DNA of 64,000 bases from Mytilus trossulus (taxonomy: Eukaryota), in NCBI RefSeq assembly GCF_036588685.1, contig NC_086378.1:17670001-17734000 (forward strand), given 5' to 3'. Positions within the stretch are counted from its first letter, which is position 1, and each line of letters opens with the position of its first letter. Positions 1-13,423 of this stretch are shown one piece after another. The position numbers and the translations under genes are program-made. The notes under the pieces were generated by a model. That model saw only the letters and a program-made list of their open reading frames with translations, was not told the origin of the DNA and searched no databases.

Positions 1-87
1 CTGCTCAAATTTTTATGAACACTATGAACAGCTAAGCACTATTGTTTTTTGCTTTATTAATAGTAAGCTAGACATGTCATATTTTAC

Positions 88-189
88 CTTTTTTACGTAA
101 TAAATATAAACTTTTTATTTCTCCAAGTTGCAGGACACCTAATATTACTACCAAGGCAACCAATATTTGAATCAGAATAGTTGGACCTT
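88..189 (-). CDS. Ig-superfamily gene, transmembrane exon (EGPTILIQILVALVVILGVLQLGEIKSLYLLRKK)
   Basis: ttttttag acceptor and G|gtaaaa donor; 102 nt, phase 1-1, matching the upstream Ig and stalk exons; hydrophobic stretch followed by basic RKK. Confidence 0.65.
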
Positions 190-1984
190 CTAAAAAAGTA
201 TCAGTAAATATGGATGTGAAGTTTATAAATAAGCGATACGCCCAAAAAAAAAACCTATCTAACATGAAGAAGAATTTTGTAATAAAATCATTTGTTTAGG
301 AAGTCTAAATGAATTTCTTATTTCATCTGACCACGTTGAAGTGAGTTGAAGATGAAACTTTGCTTATAAGATATTATTAACTTTTCATAATTTCTTTTGG
401 CAGAACGTCATATAAGATGCGGGGGCTCAGAGTGTCCTAATCACGAAATCTCGAGCTTAAAATCATCGATCCCGATGTCCTGAAAAAGATCCTGACCCTG
501 ACCCCTATATTATCTCTAGCATGCTCACTTGAAGGATATATGTCTTAGACCATTATTGTTTTTTTCGTGGTTTGTTGACCATTTGACTGTGAACAATTTC
601 TCAATTGCTCGACCATTCCTCGTTCAATGCAATAAATTCTGTCAATTGAAGATTTTGAATATGTAAAATATATGAGACATTATCTTTTTTGTCAATAAGG
701 TCAATCATTCCTATAAGAAGTAGCATGACAAATTTGACCTTGTAGGCATTTAATGACTTACTTTGAAATGCAGGATTTTTTTTAAAGACATCTTTGTAAA
801 AAACGTGGCATTGTTTCATTTGGTTGCTAACGACAAATACTCTCTGTTTATACTGTTAGCGGCCTTTATCTAAAAATGGTTCATTGACAGGTACTAAGGG
901 TAGACAGACTTTACTGATTAACATTCCGTATCAACTTTACAAATAATGTACGATGGTCTTGAAGAATAGATTTTGTGTACTGACGTTGTTTTTCATCTGG
1001 ATAACGTGTTATGGTATTCTTTTTTTGTTTGTTGTATATATGAATATTAGTTTTATTGTTTACAGTCTGTTTTTTGATGATATTCATTTGACGTTGCTGC
1101 TCTGTAATTATACATCGCGTCATTTTATTGTGCTGTGGTAAATTTTTGTATTCTTGTCTTTCGTTTTCCTTAATGTGGTTTGTCTATTTGACTTTTTGAA
1201 TGTCACAATATATACCCGTCTACGTCCTGAATTACTCATATATTACGGATTACGGTTTAACGTTTTTTTTACTAGTGCAGATATTTGTTTCACATTCACA
1301 ATCCAGCATATATACTAGTATTTGTACATGTTCATTGTCTCTAAATATTATGAATATTCCGTTCAAACACACCTTGTTTATCTCGACAATTTCTTCAACA
1401 ATTGTTTTTAGAGTTTATATCTTGTGTTTGTAGATGTGTGTGGCTTTGTTTATTACAATACAAATATTGAGAAACCGGCCAAACTAATATGTTCCGCATA
1501 TGTGAATATTTTCTAAATTTCTGTGATATTTTTTTATCTTGTATGCAACAGTTTATATTAAAACTTATAAACATTAAATTTAACTATTTGAAGTGTATAT
1601 TGTGTGTTGTTGTATAAATGATGTATCATAGACGAATGCACGTCATTATATTCTTTCTAAGCGCTTCTGACTTTCCGTAGTGTTCTGTATCGCTTTCAAC
1701 TACGTCACATAGTAACATGTGTTATGACGACGTTATCGGGGTTCCAATCGGGGGATAAAAAAATTGGTATATACCCCGGCAGTTTTTTGCATATATACCG
1801 ACATCTGTGTGTTGTTATCCAATCATAAAACTCGACATATTGGTATCCGTAATATAAGAAAATGTCTACAATAATTACAAGACAGGAATATAACAGTTGT
1901 CATCTATCCGTTTGATGTGTTTGAGCTTTAGATTGTACGTACTACATTGGGAACATATTATCTATCCACAGTTGAATGGACATT

Positions 1985-2115
1985 CCGTGACGGTGAGTCA
2001 ACTCATGGCGTCAGTAAAATTTACGGAGGGATGATTTCAATTTCATTTTGCAGCAACTCTCTATCAAGAAATTTGTTATAGGAAATACAATCGCTAGAAT
2101 ATTCGTATCAATTGG
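1985..2115 (-). mobile_element. Degenerate Penelope-like RT C-terminal fragment
   Basis: Reverse complement aligns by eye with 53550-53715 (caattgatacga...tcttgatagag...aattttac..acgccat). Confidence 0.5.
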
Positions 2116-2885
2116 CCGGTTTTTCAAACCACGTGCAGCTGCTTTAAGAATGTCGCAGGAAAAATGGGACACCATATAAAGTCGACTTGGGATGAGGAAT
2201 AAGTCACCATAAACCCATAAATTTGTCGTGGTAATGCGTGTGCATTTAATGAGTCGTCTAATTTATAAATACTTTATTATATAATCTGCAAGTATACAAA
2301 TTGTAAACAAGTTTACAATTATGTTCCAATTCATATGAACAATATATTTGACTGAAATATTTGCATGCAACGGAGCTTTATTCTGACCTTTACTTATATG
2401 CCAAAATGCGACTTTCAAGCCATACTGAATTCTATATATGAAATACTAAAACAACTTTACTTTATTGTATATAATATCAAACTACCAAACCGACATATAG
2501 CAAAATGGTGAATTCCTATGACATACAAACAGTTTTTGTGTCTCTAGATTCTATTATTTAACTCATAAATAAAAACAACACTATTTTAGAATTGGAGAAT
2601 TTTGTCATGGCTTTAAATTTTCAACAAAATCATAACAATTAGTTTTTCAAAAGGCCAAAGAATAAATCATTCAATGACAATATATTTAATGTTTTTCCTT
2701 GATTCAGTAAAGGGCAACCAGTACTGAAGAGGTGACAACTGGGCTTCCAGCACCACAATACGATAAATTCCACCAAAGTTAACAAAATTTGTTAACATCG
2801 CCAGATAAATTTATACAAATTAAAGCCAATGACAAATAATTCTCAACATTAAATTAAAATAGCAATTCAATTAAATGGTTACGAA

Positions 2886-3045
2886 AAATCAACGCAACAA
2901 ATCAACTAAATATTAACGTTAAATCAACGTAACAAATCAACTAAAACTTAACGTTAAAATAACGTAACAAATCAACTAAATATAAACGTTAAATCAACGT
3001 TACAAATCAACTAAATATTAACGTTAAATCAACGTAACAAATCAA
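2886..3045. repeat. 35-bp minisatellite, about 4.5 copies
   Basis: Unit aaatcaacgtaacaaatcaactaaatattaacgtt starting at 2886, 2921, 2956, 2991, 3026. Confidence 0.9.
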
Positions 3046-3285
3046 TTAACTGTTCAGTATATAAGTAACTACATAAATGTTCAAATTAAATACTTCAAAT
3101 AAGACACTAAACAAAATGCATTTTTTTTTAAATGTTTGGTTAAACAAATCAACAAGTAATCCAACACTTTTTGTAAATTGAACCAATGAATGCATTCTCA
3201 AATTAAATTCAGTATTATAACTCATCAGAATACAAAGTTCTTGATGAATTATCAATAAATAAATAAATTGCAGTTTAAATTGTAT

Positions 3286-3807
3286 TTAAAAAAAATAATT
3301 TCCCAAAAATGAAAGATGAACACCATCAGCATCAAATAAGGCTTGATGTTTGTCTTCAAAATCCAAATGTTTAATAGTTTTACAACCTATTTTACTGATG
3401 TACGATCTTATTCCCCTATTTATTCGACGTCTAGATTTTTCAATCTTATCATTATTTAAAGCACCCTTCCAAATAAGACGAGCCAAATAAAAGACCATAT
3501 AATTAATGTATTCGGCATCGTGCATTTTAAATAATAAAAAGTAAATGTGAAACGACAAGGCACCATTACAACAATTAACTAAATCATTTCCACCGCAATG
3601 AATAATTGTAATTGATGGGACTCCTCTCCAACTTAAGGTGGCATCAATCGTTCTGTCCACATTAAACCATTTTATTCCGGACAAACCAAGCCACATAATG
3701 TTTTATCCCTTTTTGTCAGAGCCTAAATTAGTTCCAGTTGGTCTGTTTTCAGTATGGTCAGAAGCCCTTTTTATAATGGAGGAGCCAATAATCCATATGC
3801 CTCTCAT
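3286..3807 (-). pseudogene. SGNH/GDSL hydrolase ORF of the Ngaro-like element (one in-frame stop)
   Basis: MRGIWIIGSSII (block I), HCGGNDL (block III), DGVHLS (block V); starts just after the YR stop. Confidence 0.8.
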
Positions 3808-3826
3808 TGCTGAAAATTATAATTAA

Positions 3827-4680
3827 TTTATACGAATGTATCGTTTGAATGAAGATGATCTCCATCCACCCCTGTTTTTTATTTCTTCTTCAGATTTTCC
3901 ATCTAAAAATGAATGCGTTGCTGCACCTATTCTAAATGAATGGGTATTGAATCTCTTAACATCATAATCAAAAAATTGTAATGTTTTTGTAAGAATTGAA
4001 TGAAATTAATATCTAGTTATTGACTTCCCATTTTAATGACAAAAGTAAGGACCGTGTTGCGTTGGTCTTGCTGAATCGTAATTTGATATAGCACTCATTA
4101 GGCTACTGTTTGATTTTAAAGTTAATGTAGTTTTCAAACCTCTTTGGTCTGTTTTTGAAAAGCGAATAGTAACATAGATAACATTTTTGTTAAAATCCAT
4201 TGTAACATCATCTTTTTGCAAATCATATCCCATGTCATTGACAGATCTTATAGTAATCTCCACAACTCTGAGAAATGCTCCAAATGCTAATAAAAATGCG
4301 GCCCAAAATAAATAGCTTTCATAATTAGAAAAACAAACTCTTAATAATGCATAAGGCATTTTTGTCATCATTTCAGCTGTTATAGGTTGTCTGATGTCAG
4401 GACGTAAATACAATTTGTCAAACCCAGTTAATATTGTTTTAATTAACAAGGATTGTGTAATATCTTCCAAATTTTCGGCTTTTTGTTTAAAACACAAACC
4501 AGAAATGTAAGACAAGCAAGTTGATGACGCATAATTATCTTTGGACAAATAAGCTATGTATTTCATCATGTAGTCCAGACTAGGTGGCCACATAATTGGT
4601 AATTTGCGTTCTAAAAGAAATTTGTGGAAAGACTTTTCAGCCTGTTCATAAACCTTTTTCGTGCTATTTGAAAAAGCCAC
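3827..4680 (-). pseudogene. Tyrosine recombinase of the DIRS/Ngaro element (interrupted near 4033)
   Basis: LAFGAFLRV, SKTDQ, then THSFRIGAAT and GWRSSSFKRYIR beyond the stop (R...HxxR...W...Y tetrad). Confidence 0.9.
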
Positions 4681-4700
4681 ATTAAAGAGTTTTGACGCTT

Positions 4701-5700
4701 CTAAATCAAGAGATCCCAGAATTCCTGTGGTACTGGTGTAGGTTCTACTTCTGCTGCTGGGGCCGCCTTTTTGAATTTTTCTAACTGTCCACGATATAAA
4801 GAACCAGGTATTGTATTGGTTACTGACGACAAATGTATAGCTTTGAATTGAAAATTATATTTTAATGTCCTCAAAACAATTGTTCTCACAATTGACATTA
4901 CTCGTTCAGATTTTGATGTTTTTGAATTTAGAAATGACACTACGGCAGGATTATCACAATGGAAAATAATATTTTTATTCGTAAAATCCCCCCTCCCCCC
5001 ATAAAAAGATTGCTAAAGCTATAGGAATTATTTCCAAATAAGTGATATCAGAGAGAATGTCTTTTCCCAGTTGCTTGGATATTTTAAACATGCCCATGAA
5101 CCATTAAAAAAAGCTCCACAATCTAATTGTTTTCCACCTGTGCTATCGGTGAACAATTCCAAATCAGGACTATTAACCCAATTAAATCCTGAATGTATGT
5201 ATACCCATTAAATGTTGTCAAAAAGATTAGCAAACTAATAAATCTTATTTTATGCCATTTGAAACTCTAATAAAATGGTGTGGCTTTTTTGCTTGGCTTA
5301 ATGAACTATATAAACGTCTGCTAAATGCCCTTCCTGATAGCAAGGCTTTTGATCAAAATGCTTAGCAAACAGTTATAGATTGCATGTGCTCAAGCGTAAC
5401 CTTCTTTTGACTTGAAAAGAAATCAATTAATTCCAACAACTTCGAAATTTTGTCTAAGAAAATTTTTATCATCATATTCTGTAAATCAATTATTAAACCA
5501 AGGTATTCAATAATGGTTGTTGGACCTTTGGTTTTTTCATTTACAATAGGTACTATTAAATTATCAAATTCCTTTGAATATCTTGGGCCCGTGTAATTTA
5601 ATTTAAACCCTTGTTTAAAACCATCTAATAATAACGAAACTTCAAAAAGATTTGTATAATCCGTTCACATATTTTCCAATATGTCAACTTTAATGGGCGA
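4701..5700 (-). pseudogene. Degenerate, partly deleted RT/RNase H of the Ngaro-like element
   Basis: RNase H motifs ELFTDS, ITYLEI, FHCDN..VV..LN and the C-terminal KFKKAAP in shifting frames. Confidence 0.75.
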
Positions 5701-5899
5701 GAAGCCTAATTGTCATATGTCAAACTGAAATTTCTCTTAATCTGACATTTGAATGAAGAAAAGTTTCGATAATAATTATTTTTGGGTTTAGTTATTTCAA
5801 GAATTTTGCTGAATAAGTCTGTTGCCATTTGGAACTTTTGATTCAAAAGTTCTATTACCATTACCCATCGCCCAAGGCTTGTTATAATCTAAACCTATT

Positions 5900-6731
5900 C
5901 TTTTTCTACATCTTATGGATGGGTTATTCAAAGAGCATTTCAAATATGTATGACTGAACCAACAACCAATACGAGAACAAACTCCTTTAAATTAAAGTCA
6001 TAGCATTTGTTACTACGTGGCTGTTGCGTAGTATGCGTATTAGTTGAAGCAATAGCCATTATTTGAAGCCATAATTGGGAATCAATTATATTCCAATTTT
6101 TTGAAGGGTTTCTTGCAACTCTTAATCTAAATTGCTGATCAAACATGTACCACTTTTCAATAGTACTATCAGCTGCTGCACCCCTTATTATTACTATGTA
6201 ACCAAACAGTTGACTAGCTTTCATTGGATGTCTCTGAATCAAAACTTGTAAATAAGCTAACAAAGCGTCTGTCCAGGTCTCAATATTAATGATTGTTTTC
6301 TTTTTTGAAAGATTTGTTTGAGTAATCAATCTACCATCTTCTTTTAAACCTAGATAACTTTGCCTATCAAATTGACTACTGAAATTGCTTGTATGCATAA
6401 TAGATAAGTCAATATATTGAAATTGCCAATTTTTTTCTTTAACTGTTTGGCTAATGAAAATGTCAGTTTCATTTATATTTGACAACATATTAGGTTCATC
6501 AAATACTATAGTATCATCAACCTCACCTATTGGCTGGGGTACAGGTGCTGCAACTTGAATGTCATTGTCAAGGTTAGGCTGAACAGGATTAGGCGTGTTC
6601 AAATCTTGTACAACTTCAACATGTTCGTCATTGCGTCGACGTCTTTCATTTTCAATCAATTAAGGCCCTCTCCTTCTTAAATTGCGCGCTGGCGCAGCTT
6701 GGTTATTTGCTGGTCTACGACGTCTTGGCAT
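5900..6731 (-). pseudogene. Gag-like ORF of the Ngaro-like element
   Basis: MPRRRR start at 6731, in-frame TAA at 6662-6660, W..AL..Y and W..FD..FR motifs, frameshifted CYDFN..GVC...C...H knuckle. Confidence 0.75.
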
Positions 6732-8802
6732 CCTATATTTAAATGAAATTTGACAATTACAATGGCATCCTATATTTAAACTAACATTGAAAATTACAAT
6801 GGCATATCCAATAAATAAACATCGACAATTAAAATTATCAATATGCATTCAAAGAAAATTTTAATCTTATATTTGAATGATTCAGTGAATAATTTGTTTA
6901 AACACGTGTGAATAGTTAAAGTAATGTTAACTATAAAATAAAACTATTTTGTTTTGTGTAAATTCTTGCCGATTTAAAACGCAACTGTTTAGCTGTAGAT
7001 TACATACTTGTATAACGTGCCGTTTGAATATGTAACATTACACTGAGAAACTCAAAATATAATGGCCGACACAGATTAGCAAACTTACGTGAAATTTGAA
7101 ATAAACTAATTCAATGAACTTGCAAAATAACTATAAATGTTAAGAGTATCATACTCACAAAGCAGTAATAAACACAAGGCGAGATTGATATACTAAAATA
7201 ATATCATAGTTAGCGAAAGACATACATGTAGATACGAAAATGATTCAATGAAAAAAAAAATCAAAATAATAAAATAAGTGTATACCTATTCATTTAAAAC
7301 GTATTTAGAACGTATGTTTAATTCGTTCACTAGAAATCATTGTAATTAAATAAAACAAAATTAAATATTTAAACCAAAATGACAATTTAAATTCACATAG
7401 CATAACATAAATTCAAAAGTACTTATCTTCAATGTATGTTTTATCCTTTTTTATCCTTGCACACGTCCACAGTTTGTTAAAGAATGAAATAACATTACCG
7501 AAACAACTGGTTTTATATTGAAATTCCCGCCTATAAATGCACGAGATAATTGCGTATCGCTTATGAACAGAAAAATTTGTATTACACAAGCGGTTTTAGT
7601 GTCGCTTGCAACAATCAAAACATAAAAAGGAGACAAATCCAAGTCTTATCAATTCAATAAATAAATTTAACTCATATTGATTAAATTTCATTAATTGAAA
7701 CATTTTTAACATAGCTAAAAGAATAAATACATTTACAAGTACCTGCAGCGGTGATATTAGTCTGCCGCCTCCCCGATTGTAATAATGACCATTGACTACA
7801 TGTAACTCGAAAAGTGAAATTGTATTAATATATATATGGTTATATTAGTATTGCCGCACTTTGAGCTCATGCATAACTCATGCTATTTGAATATAAATAT
7901 ATATATCATTTAAATAATAATAAAGAACCGCTTTAACTTTCTATTGTTCTAATTTTGATATTGAGTACGAAAAGCAAAGCAAACCGTATAAAGCTATAGT
8001 TCATTTCAAAATACGCAGCGCAAAACTATTGTCGTCAATCGTCAAGAAACATGATGATATGAAATATGAATACGATATGAATGGAAAACATATAACACTG
8101 AAAACACAATTAATATGAAATGCTTAATAATGAACCAAAATGGATAAATATATCCGGTGACATACACCCCCTCCTAAAAAAAGTTTCGTCTCGAAACTAT
8201 ATCGAAACCAATATATCAAACCTTTTTATGACACTTTTGAAATCTGGACAACCTATCGGGGATAAAAAAAACAAAAACAAAACACTTGGTATATACCCCT
8301 GCAGTTTTTTGCATATATACCGACATCTCTGTGTTGTTATACAATCATAAAACTCGACAAATTGGTATCCGTTATATATATGAAAATGTCTACACTAATA
8401 ACAAGACAGGAATATGACAGTTTTCATCTATCCGTTTGATGTGTTTGAGCTTTAGATTTTGCCATTTGATTATGGACTTTTTGTTTTGAATTTCACTTGG
8501 AGTTTGTAATTTTTTTCAAGATTTCGAAATGTGGTATTCTTGTTGTTTAACTTCTTTGGAATGTGATGACGAATATAGCACGCAGAGCAGAAGATTCCTT
8601 ATAGTGTATCTTACTTTGTATCACTTTTGCTGTCCACATTGTTCGGCCCTTTTCAAAGTTAGTCATTAGTCCTCGATTTACGAAATAGAACAGTCATTTT
8701 ATTTACACCGTTTCATATCTATTACAGGAAAAATATTTGATGATAATTTGCAGGTGTCCGCCAATATAGGTCTGAGATGAAATAAAATAATTTAATGAAT
8801 AC

Positions 8803-9012
8803 CTGGATTTGTACGGGGCGTTTTGGGTGTGGTAAACACTGTCTCTATATTTGTACTGGATGAATTTGGAATGGTAAAAACTCTCTCTGTTTTAAAACTG
8901 GATATATTAGGTGGTGTAAAACTTGTCCCTGTCTTTGTACTGGATATATTTGGTGTGGTAAAAACTGTCTCTATTGTTGTCATTATCGTTGAGTCATTTG
9001 TAGTGCTAAAAT
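8803..9012 (-). CDS. Ig-superfamily gene, mucin-like Thr/Ser/Pro stalk exon with 4 x 14-aa repeats
   Basis: 210 nt, phase 1-1; TVFTTPNISSTKTG/TSFTPPNISSFKTE/RVFTIPNSSSTNIE/TVFTTPKTPRTNPG; splice sites weaker than the other exons. Confidence 0.6.
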
Positions 9013-9758
9013 CTCTTAATGAAACTTCATGATTGATGAATTCTTACGTGTTATTTTAGAATATCTTATCGCATCTTTAGAATTTAAGTCAAATGACCTA
9101 TGAGATAATAGTATGTAGTAATTCGATAGGAATCTTTTCCGTAACATTACAATCAAAAAAAGGGAATTCAATTTCCATTCATGAGACAAAATCAATACAC
9201 GCACTGCAACATATACGATCTTTGAGAAGTTGTAACATTTTTCTTTTTTTTTTCTTTTTTTTGACCACGATTTTTTAATTTAGGTTTATTGTCTTTTTCA
9301 TTTAAAACCTACAAGGCTACATACTTGTAAATATTCCATAATTTACATAAACATAATTTAAGTTTTGTCTCATTCTGATTACTATTTTAAGACTTTGAAA
9401 ACTGATTGTATTGCGGTTAATTTTGTACCTTTTTGTATGTGTAGAAAGATGATAATGTTAAATGTGTGTCCATTTAATCTGTACAGTGCCATATGGATAT
9501 AGTTATCTCTCCAGAGCTCATTTAATGTCACATTACAGAACAGTGATGACGTTTGTGTATATATGCATATCACATATTTGTATGTTAATTGAGCTGTTCA
9601 TAATAGATTTTGGTTAATAAAATCTATTGTATGCTTCAAATATGTAGTTAAAATTGATAATGGAAATATGGATTGTGTCAAAGAGACAACTACCCGACCA
9701 TAGAGCTCTCTCAGTTAATACCGCATTATTTATATAGATCTCTATGTTTTTAACTCAC

Positions 9759-10037
9759 CTATTTGAATGTGTATAGAGTTGTTCATGTTGAATGTTTGTC
9801 CTTTAAAACTGTTTTGTGCTACACATATGTAGCGATCTGTTTTAATAACATTACTAATGACATGTATAGCACCAGTCCCTAATGGCACATTGGTATCGGA
9901 TTCTTTGTACCACGTATAACCAGTGTTAATTACAACAGGATTTCCATCTGATGTACACGTCAGAGATATGGGTCCTGCGCCTTCAGTAAATATTGGAATA
10001 TTAGGAGACTTTGTAACTTGAACATTTCTTACACTAT
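9759..10037 (-). CDS. Ig-superfamily gene, third Ig domain exon
   Basis: tttttcacag acceptor, gtgagt donor, 279 nt open; ISLTCTSDGNP...YTWYK...DRYICVAQN. Confidence 0.85.
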
Positions 10038-11185
10038 CTGTGAAAAAGTGAGAAAAAATTTGTCATAGAAATACTGTTGAATGTGATTTCCTAGTAAACA
10101 GCTATTTGCCCCGCTTCTATGATATATATTGGGTTGGTTGGAGAATTATTAAGTTGTATGTTTCTTTCAACACTATATGATAAAAAATTTGATACTTGTA
10201 CATTTCTGACAATATCTGTTTAATTTCAAAAACTATCACCTAGTCATCAATAATCATACTTTATCAAAAATAAACTTTTATACATATATAAAAAGGTGTG
10301 GTATGATTGCAAATGAAACAACTATCCACAAAAGACAAAAATAACACAAACATGAACAACTATAGGTCACCGTACGGCCTCCAACAATAAGCAAAGCTTA
10401 ACCACATAGTCAGCTATAAAAGGCCCCGATGAGACAATGTAAAACAATTCAAACGAGAAAACTAACGGCCTTATTTATGTAAAAAAAAAATGAACGAAAA
10501 ACAAACATGTAACACATAAACAAACGACAACCACTGATTTACAGGCTCTTGTACATGTTCATTTAAGCCGGTAGTCAAGCTTTCGCGATTAATTTGTACA
10601 GCAAGCCTGCACCGGAACATTCCCTATTAAACTTTGTTAAAAGTCTGATAATATTCTGTTTATAGTGACTGGGAATTCAAACTGAAGTTAAAATTTGTAA
10701 AATCAATTATTCAATCACGACAACAATCAAGTTTACAGACGATTTTTTCGGGATTTTCCCCCTTTAAACCCGATTTAAATCCAATTGGGTTTCGCATGAT
10801 TATAGAAATGATCGAATCTGTAACGACAACGTCCCGATTCTGATATGGGCTTTACTAATGGTTGAAAGCCGTTATATTACATATCAATTTCAATGTCCGT
10901 GTCAACTGGTTTCTTGTAGAGAGTTGTCCCATTTTCATTCATACAACATCTCTTTATTTTTCTTTATCTAAAAGCTTGCATTTCATAGTAGTGTATATGT
11001 TTGGGGTTCTCATGTTTTATTTTATCAGAAACGATTATTCACCTGTGATTTATCATTTCATGTTGCAAGATTTGAATATTAATTAAGTTACTTTTCTTCA
11101 TCTTGTGGCTTATTCAGTCTGTACTTCTACTAATCTTTTGGCACAATTTAACCCTGCATCGAAACATTTGATTTTACCAACTTAC

Positions 11186-11533
11186 AATGGACATTAATTG
11201 GGTTAGTCTGTTGGTACAACTCCTGTGGTACGTCTTGATAAGTAACTTGACATCTGACTATAGCATTATTATCTAGCTGTTCCATCTTCAGTGTCAGCTG
11301 ACTGGTACCGTTGAATGTACAGTTTGCTGGAATCTCTGTCGCTGTTATGTTTTGTGATTCGTATGATGTTTCCTCTATAGTAGTACCATTGGAGATACGC
11401 CTGTATCTCACCCATCTAAATTTACCTTGCGGTTTACCAACATTACCAGTGCATGTGAAGACTACATTATTGCCCTCTTCTACCCCAGTTGATGGTATAT
11501 GTACTGGTTCACTGTCTGGTTGTTCTGGATAAC
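11186..11533 (-). CDS. Ig-superfamily gene, second Ig (C2-like) domain exon
   Basis: cag acceptor, gtaagt donor, 348 nt; VVFTCTGNVGKPQGKFRW...DNNAIVRCQV. Confidence 0.88.
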
Positions 11534-13009
11534 CTGGTATTAATATTCGTATAGTTTTGTTATATATAAAGCTGTATAATGGTATGAGTATTATCATTAT
11601 TAAAGGTCATTTGGATGCATATAATTTCTTACATCCCGTTCATTTGAACTTTGGTGGATATTTGTCTCATTGGCAATCATTGCTAAGCCCCTAATTTTTA
11701 TATACGAGTAACTTAATTCTTAAAACCCACGTGCTTAAAATAGTTATCAAAGGTACCAGGATTATAATTTCGTACGCCAGACGCGCGTTTCGTCTACATA
11801 TGACTCATCATTAACGCTCATATCAAAATATTTATGAAGCCAAACAAGTACAGAGTTGCAGAAATGATAAATAAATCAAATTCTTAGTCTTCAGGAACCA
11901 CATTGTATCAGAATTACAAAATTATTTTTACTCGTGTTTTTAAAATTTCGTGTTTAAAAACATAACTTAAATGAAAAGTGTATTTAGTTAAGACTTTGAA
12001 TGAGTTTAAAGAAAAGGATAAGTACACTAATTTTTCCTCCATTACCATTGCAATTATTTTTCCTTTTTCTTTCTTTCTCTGTGACATTACGAATGGCAAG
12101 CCCAAAATTCGCCATTCAAACGCCATATTAAAACAAGCATGTTTCGGCAAGAAATTTGTAGAAAGAAAAATGAACCAAAAACTACATTCAAAAGATTGTA
12201 ATATTATACTCAATTTTAATGTGTATGGAGGATTGGGAAGATTTATTTTGTAAATTCGAGTTAAATAAAGTACGATTTGTAGAATCAATGGTAAACAACA
12301 CTGGTATAAGACATATTTTCATGAATCAGATTGGCCTTTGGGATAAAAATAAACTTGATCGAATATTTAATGATCAGTTTAAGTTCCTCATGATTGCAGT
12401 TTTGTAATTGACTTATCCATACGTTTACATGCCAGCTGATCTTCGAAAAATTTTAAAGAGAAAAATGCCACATTGAAATTGCTTTCATATGCATATTATC
12501 AATGTAGTAATGTGAAATTGGGATACATGTTTGGATTTATTTGAAAAAAGGAGGGCCATGACACGAAAAAAAGTTATGCAACCCAGTTATCAAGACACTA
12601 TTTTTCTACTTTCTGTTTTCTGTTTTCCACTAGGTCGCAACACTTCAGGTAAAACTGTTATCCCTCAAAAGATGCCAAACTTTTAAAAAAAAATTAAATG
12701 TATGTTTTTATTCAGCAAAAAACTTTGCATCAAATAGAAGAAAAAAATGCGTCAATATTTTTTTTCTCGAATACATCTGTTTTCAATTCATTTCACTCCA
12801 TGTTTTAACATGCACTGGAAACTAGGGTTGATATACAAAACTGGTTTATATAACTGTTATGACATGTCTTTAAAAATAAATCATTTATTTTGTTTCATTA
12901 AGTAGTCATATTTTTTGATAAGTTAAAACCATAAATCAGTATTACAATAATCTACTTATACAGCAGCTTTTAAATGTTAGCTGCTATCTGTTTTTCTATT
13001 TATACATAC

Positions 13010-13423
13010 CTTTAACACTTAAATTCGCAACACCATAATTTGCAGTTGAACTTCCACCAGAACCTGCATATGCTACTTGACACATGTACTCCTTCTCATC
13101 TTCACATTCTATCTGAGAAAACTGTATTGAAGCTGAGTCCGTAGATGAAGATGTTGGGTTGGTAAGTGCCACTCTGTTCGTTTAATAATTGCCATCAGGT
13201 GTTAGGGTTGCATTTATTGGAACAAAAGGAGTGTAAAATGTGGCTATATTTTTAAACTGACCATTTATTTTGGCCTGAATACTTGCACCTGTAACAAATT
13301 CCCCTGTCACAGTTATGTAAGAACAAACCAACTGTAATTTATTCTGTCCAAGTATTCCTTCTAAAGGTGTTGCCAATATTTGAACACTTATTAGTTTCAA
13401 TTACACTGGTTATCTAATATATT
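13010..13423 (-). pseudogene. Ig-superfamily gene, N-terminal V-type Ig exon with three in-frame TAA stops
   Basis: ttttag acceptor, gtatgt donor, 414 nt; LQLVCSY...NRVALTNP...SIQFSQIECEDEKEYMCQV; TAA at 13412-13410, 13403-13401 and 13184-13182. Confidence 0.8.

Larger units (their letters stand above)
2690..7660 (-). mobile_element. Decayed DIRS-order (Ngaro-like) tyrosine-recombinase retrotransposon in an intron of the Ig gene; ends approximate
   Basis: Collinear gag, RT/RNaseH, YR and SGNH hydrolase ORFs on the minus strand, all with stops or frameshifts. Confidence 0.85.

Noticed and set aside
4033-4680. Phage integrase or bacterial contamination
   Set aside because: Embedded in a gag-RT/RNaseH-YR order typical of DIRS-order retrotransposons
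2690-7660. Split direct repeats expected for Ngaro elements
   Set aside because: I could not find them by eye, so the element termini are approximate
7743-7795. Possible small extra exon of the Ig gene (tag...gtac)
   Set aside because: It would end in phase 0, incompatible with the phase-1 TM exon, and no compensating exon was seen
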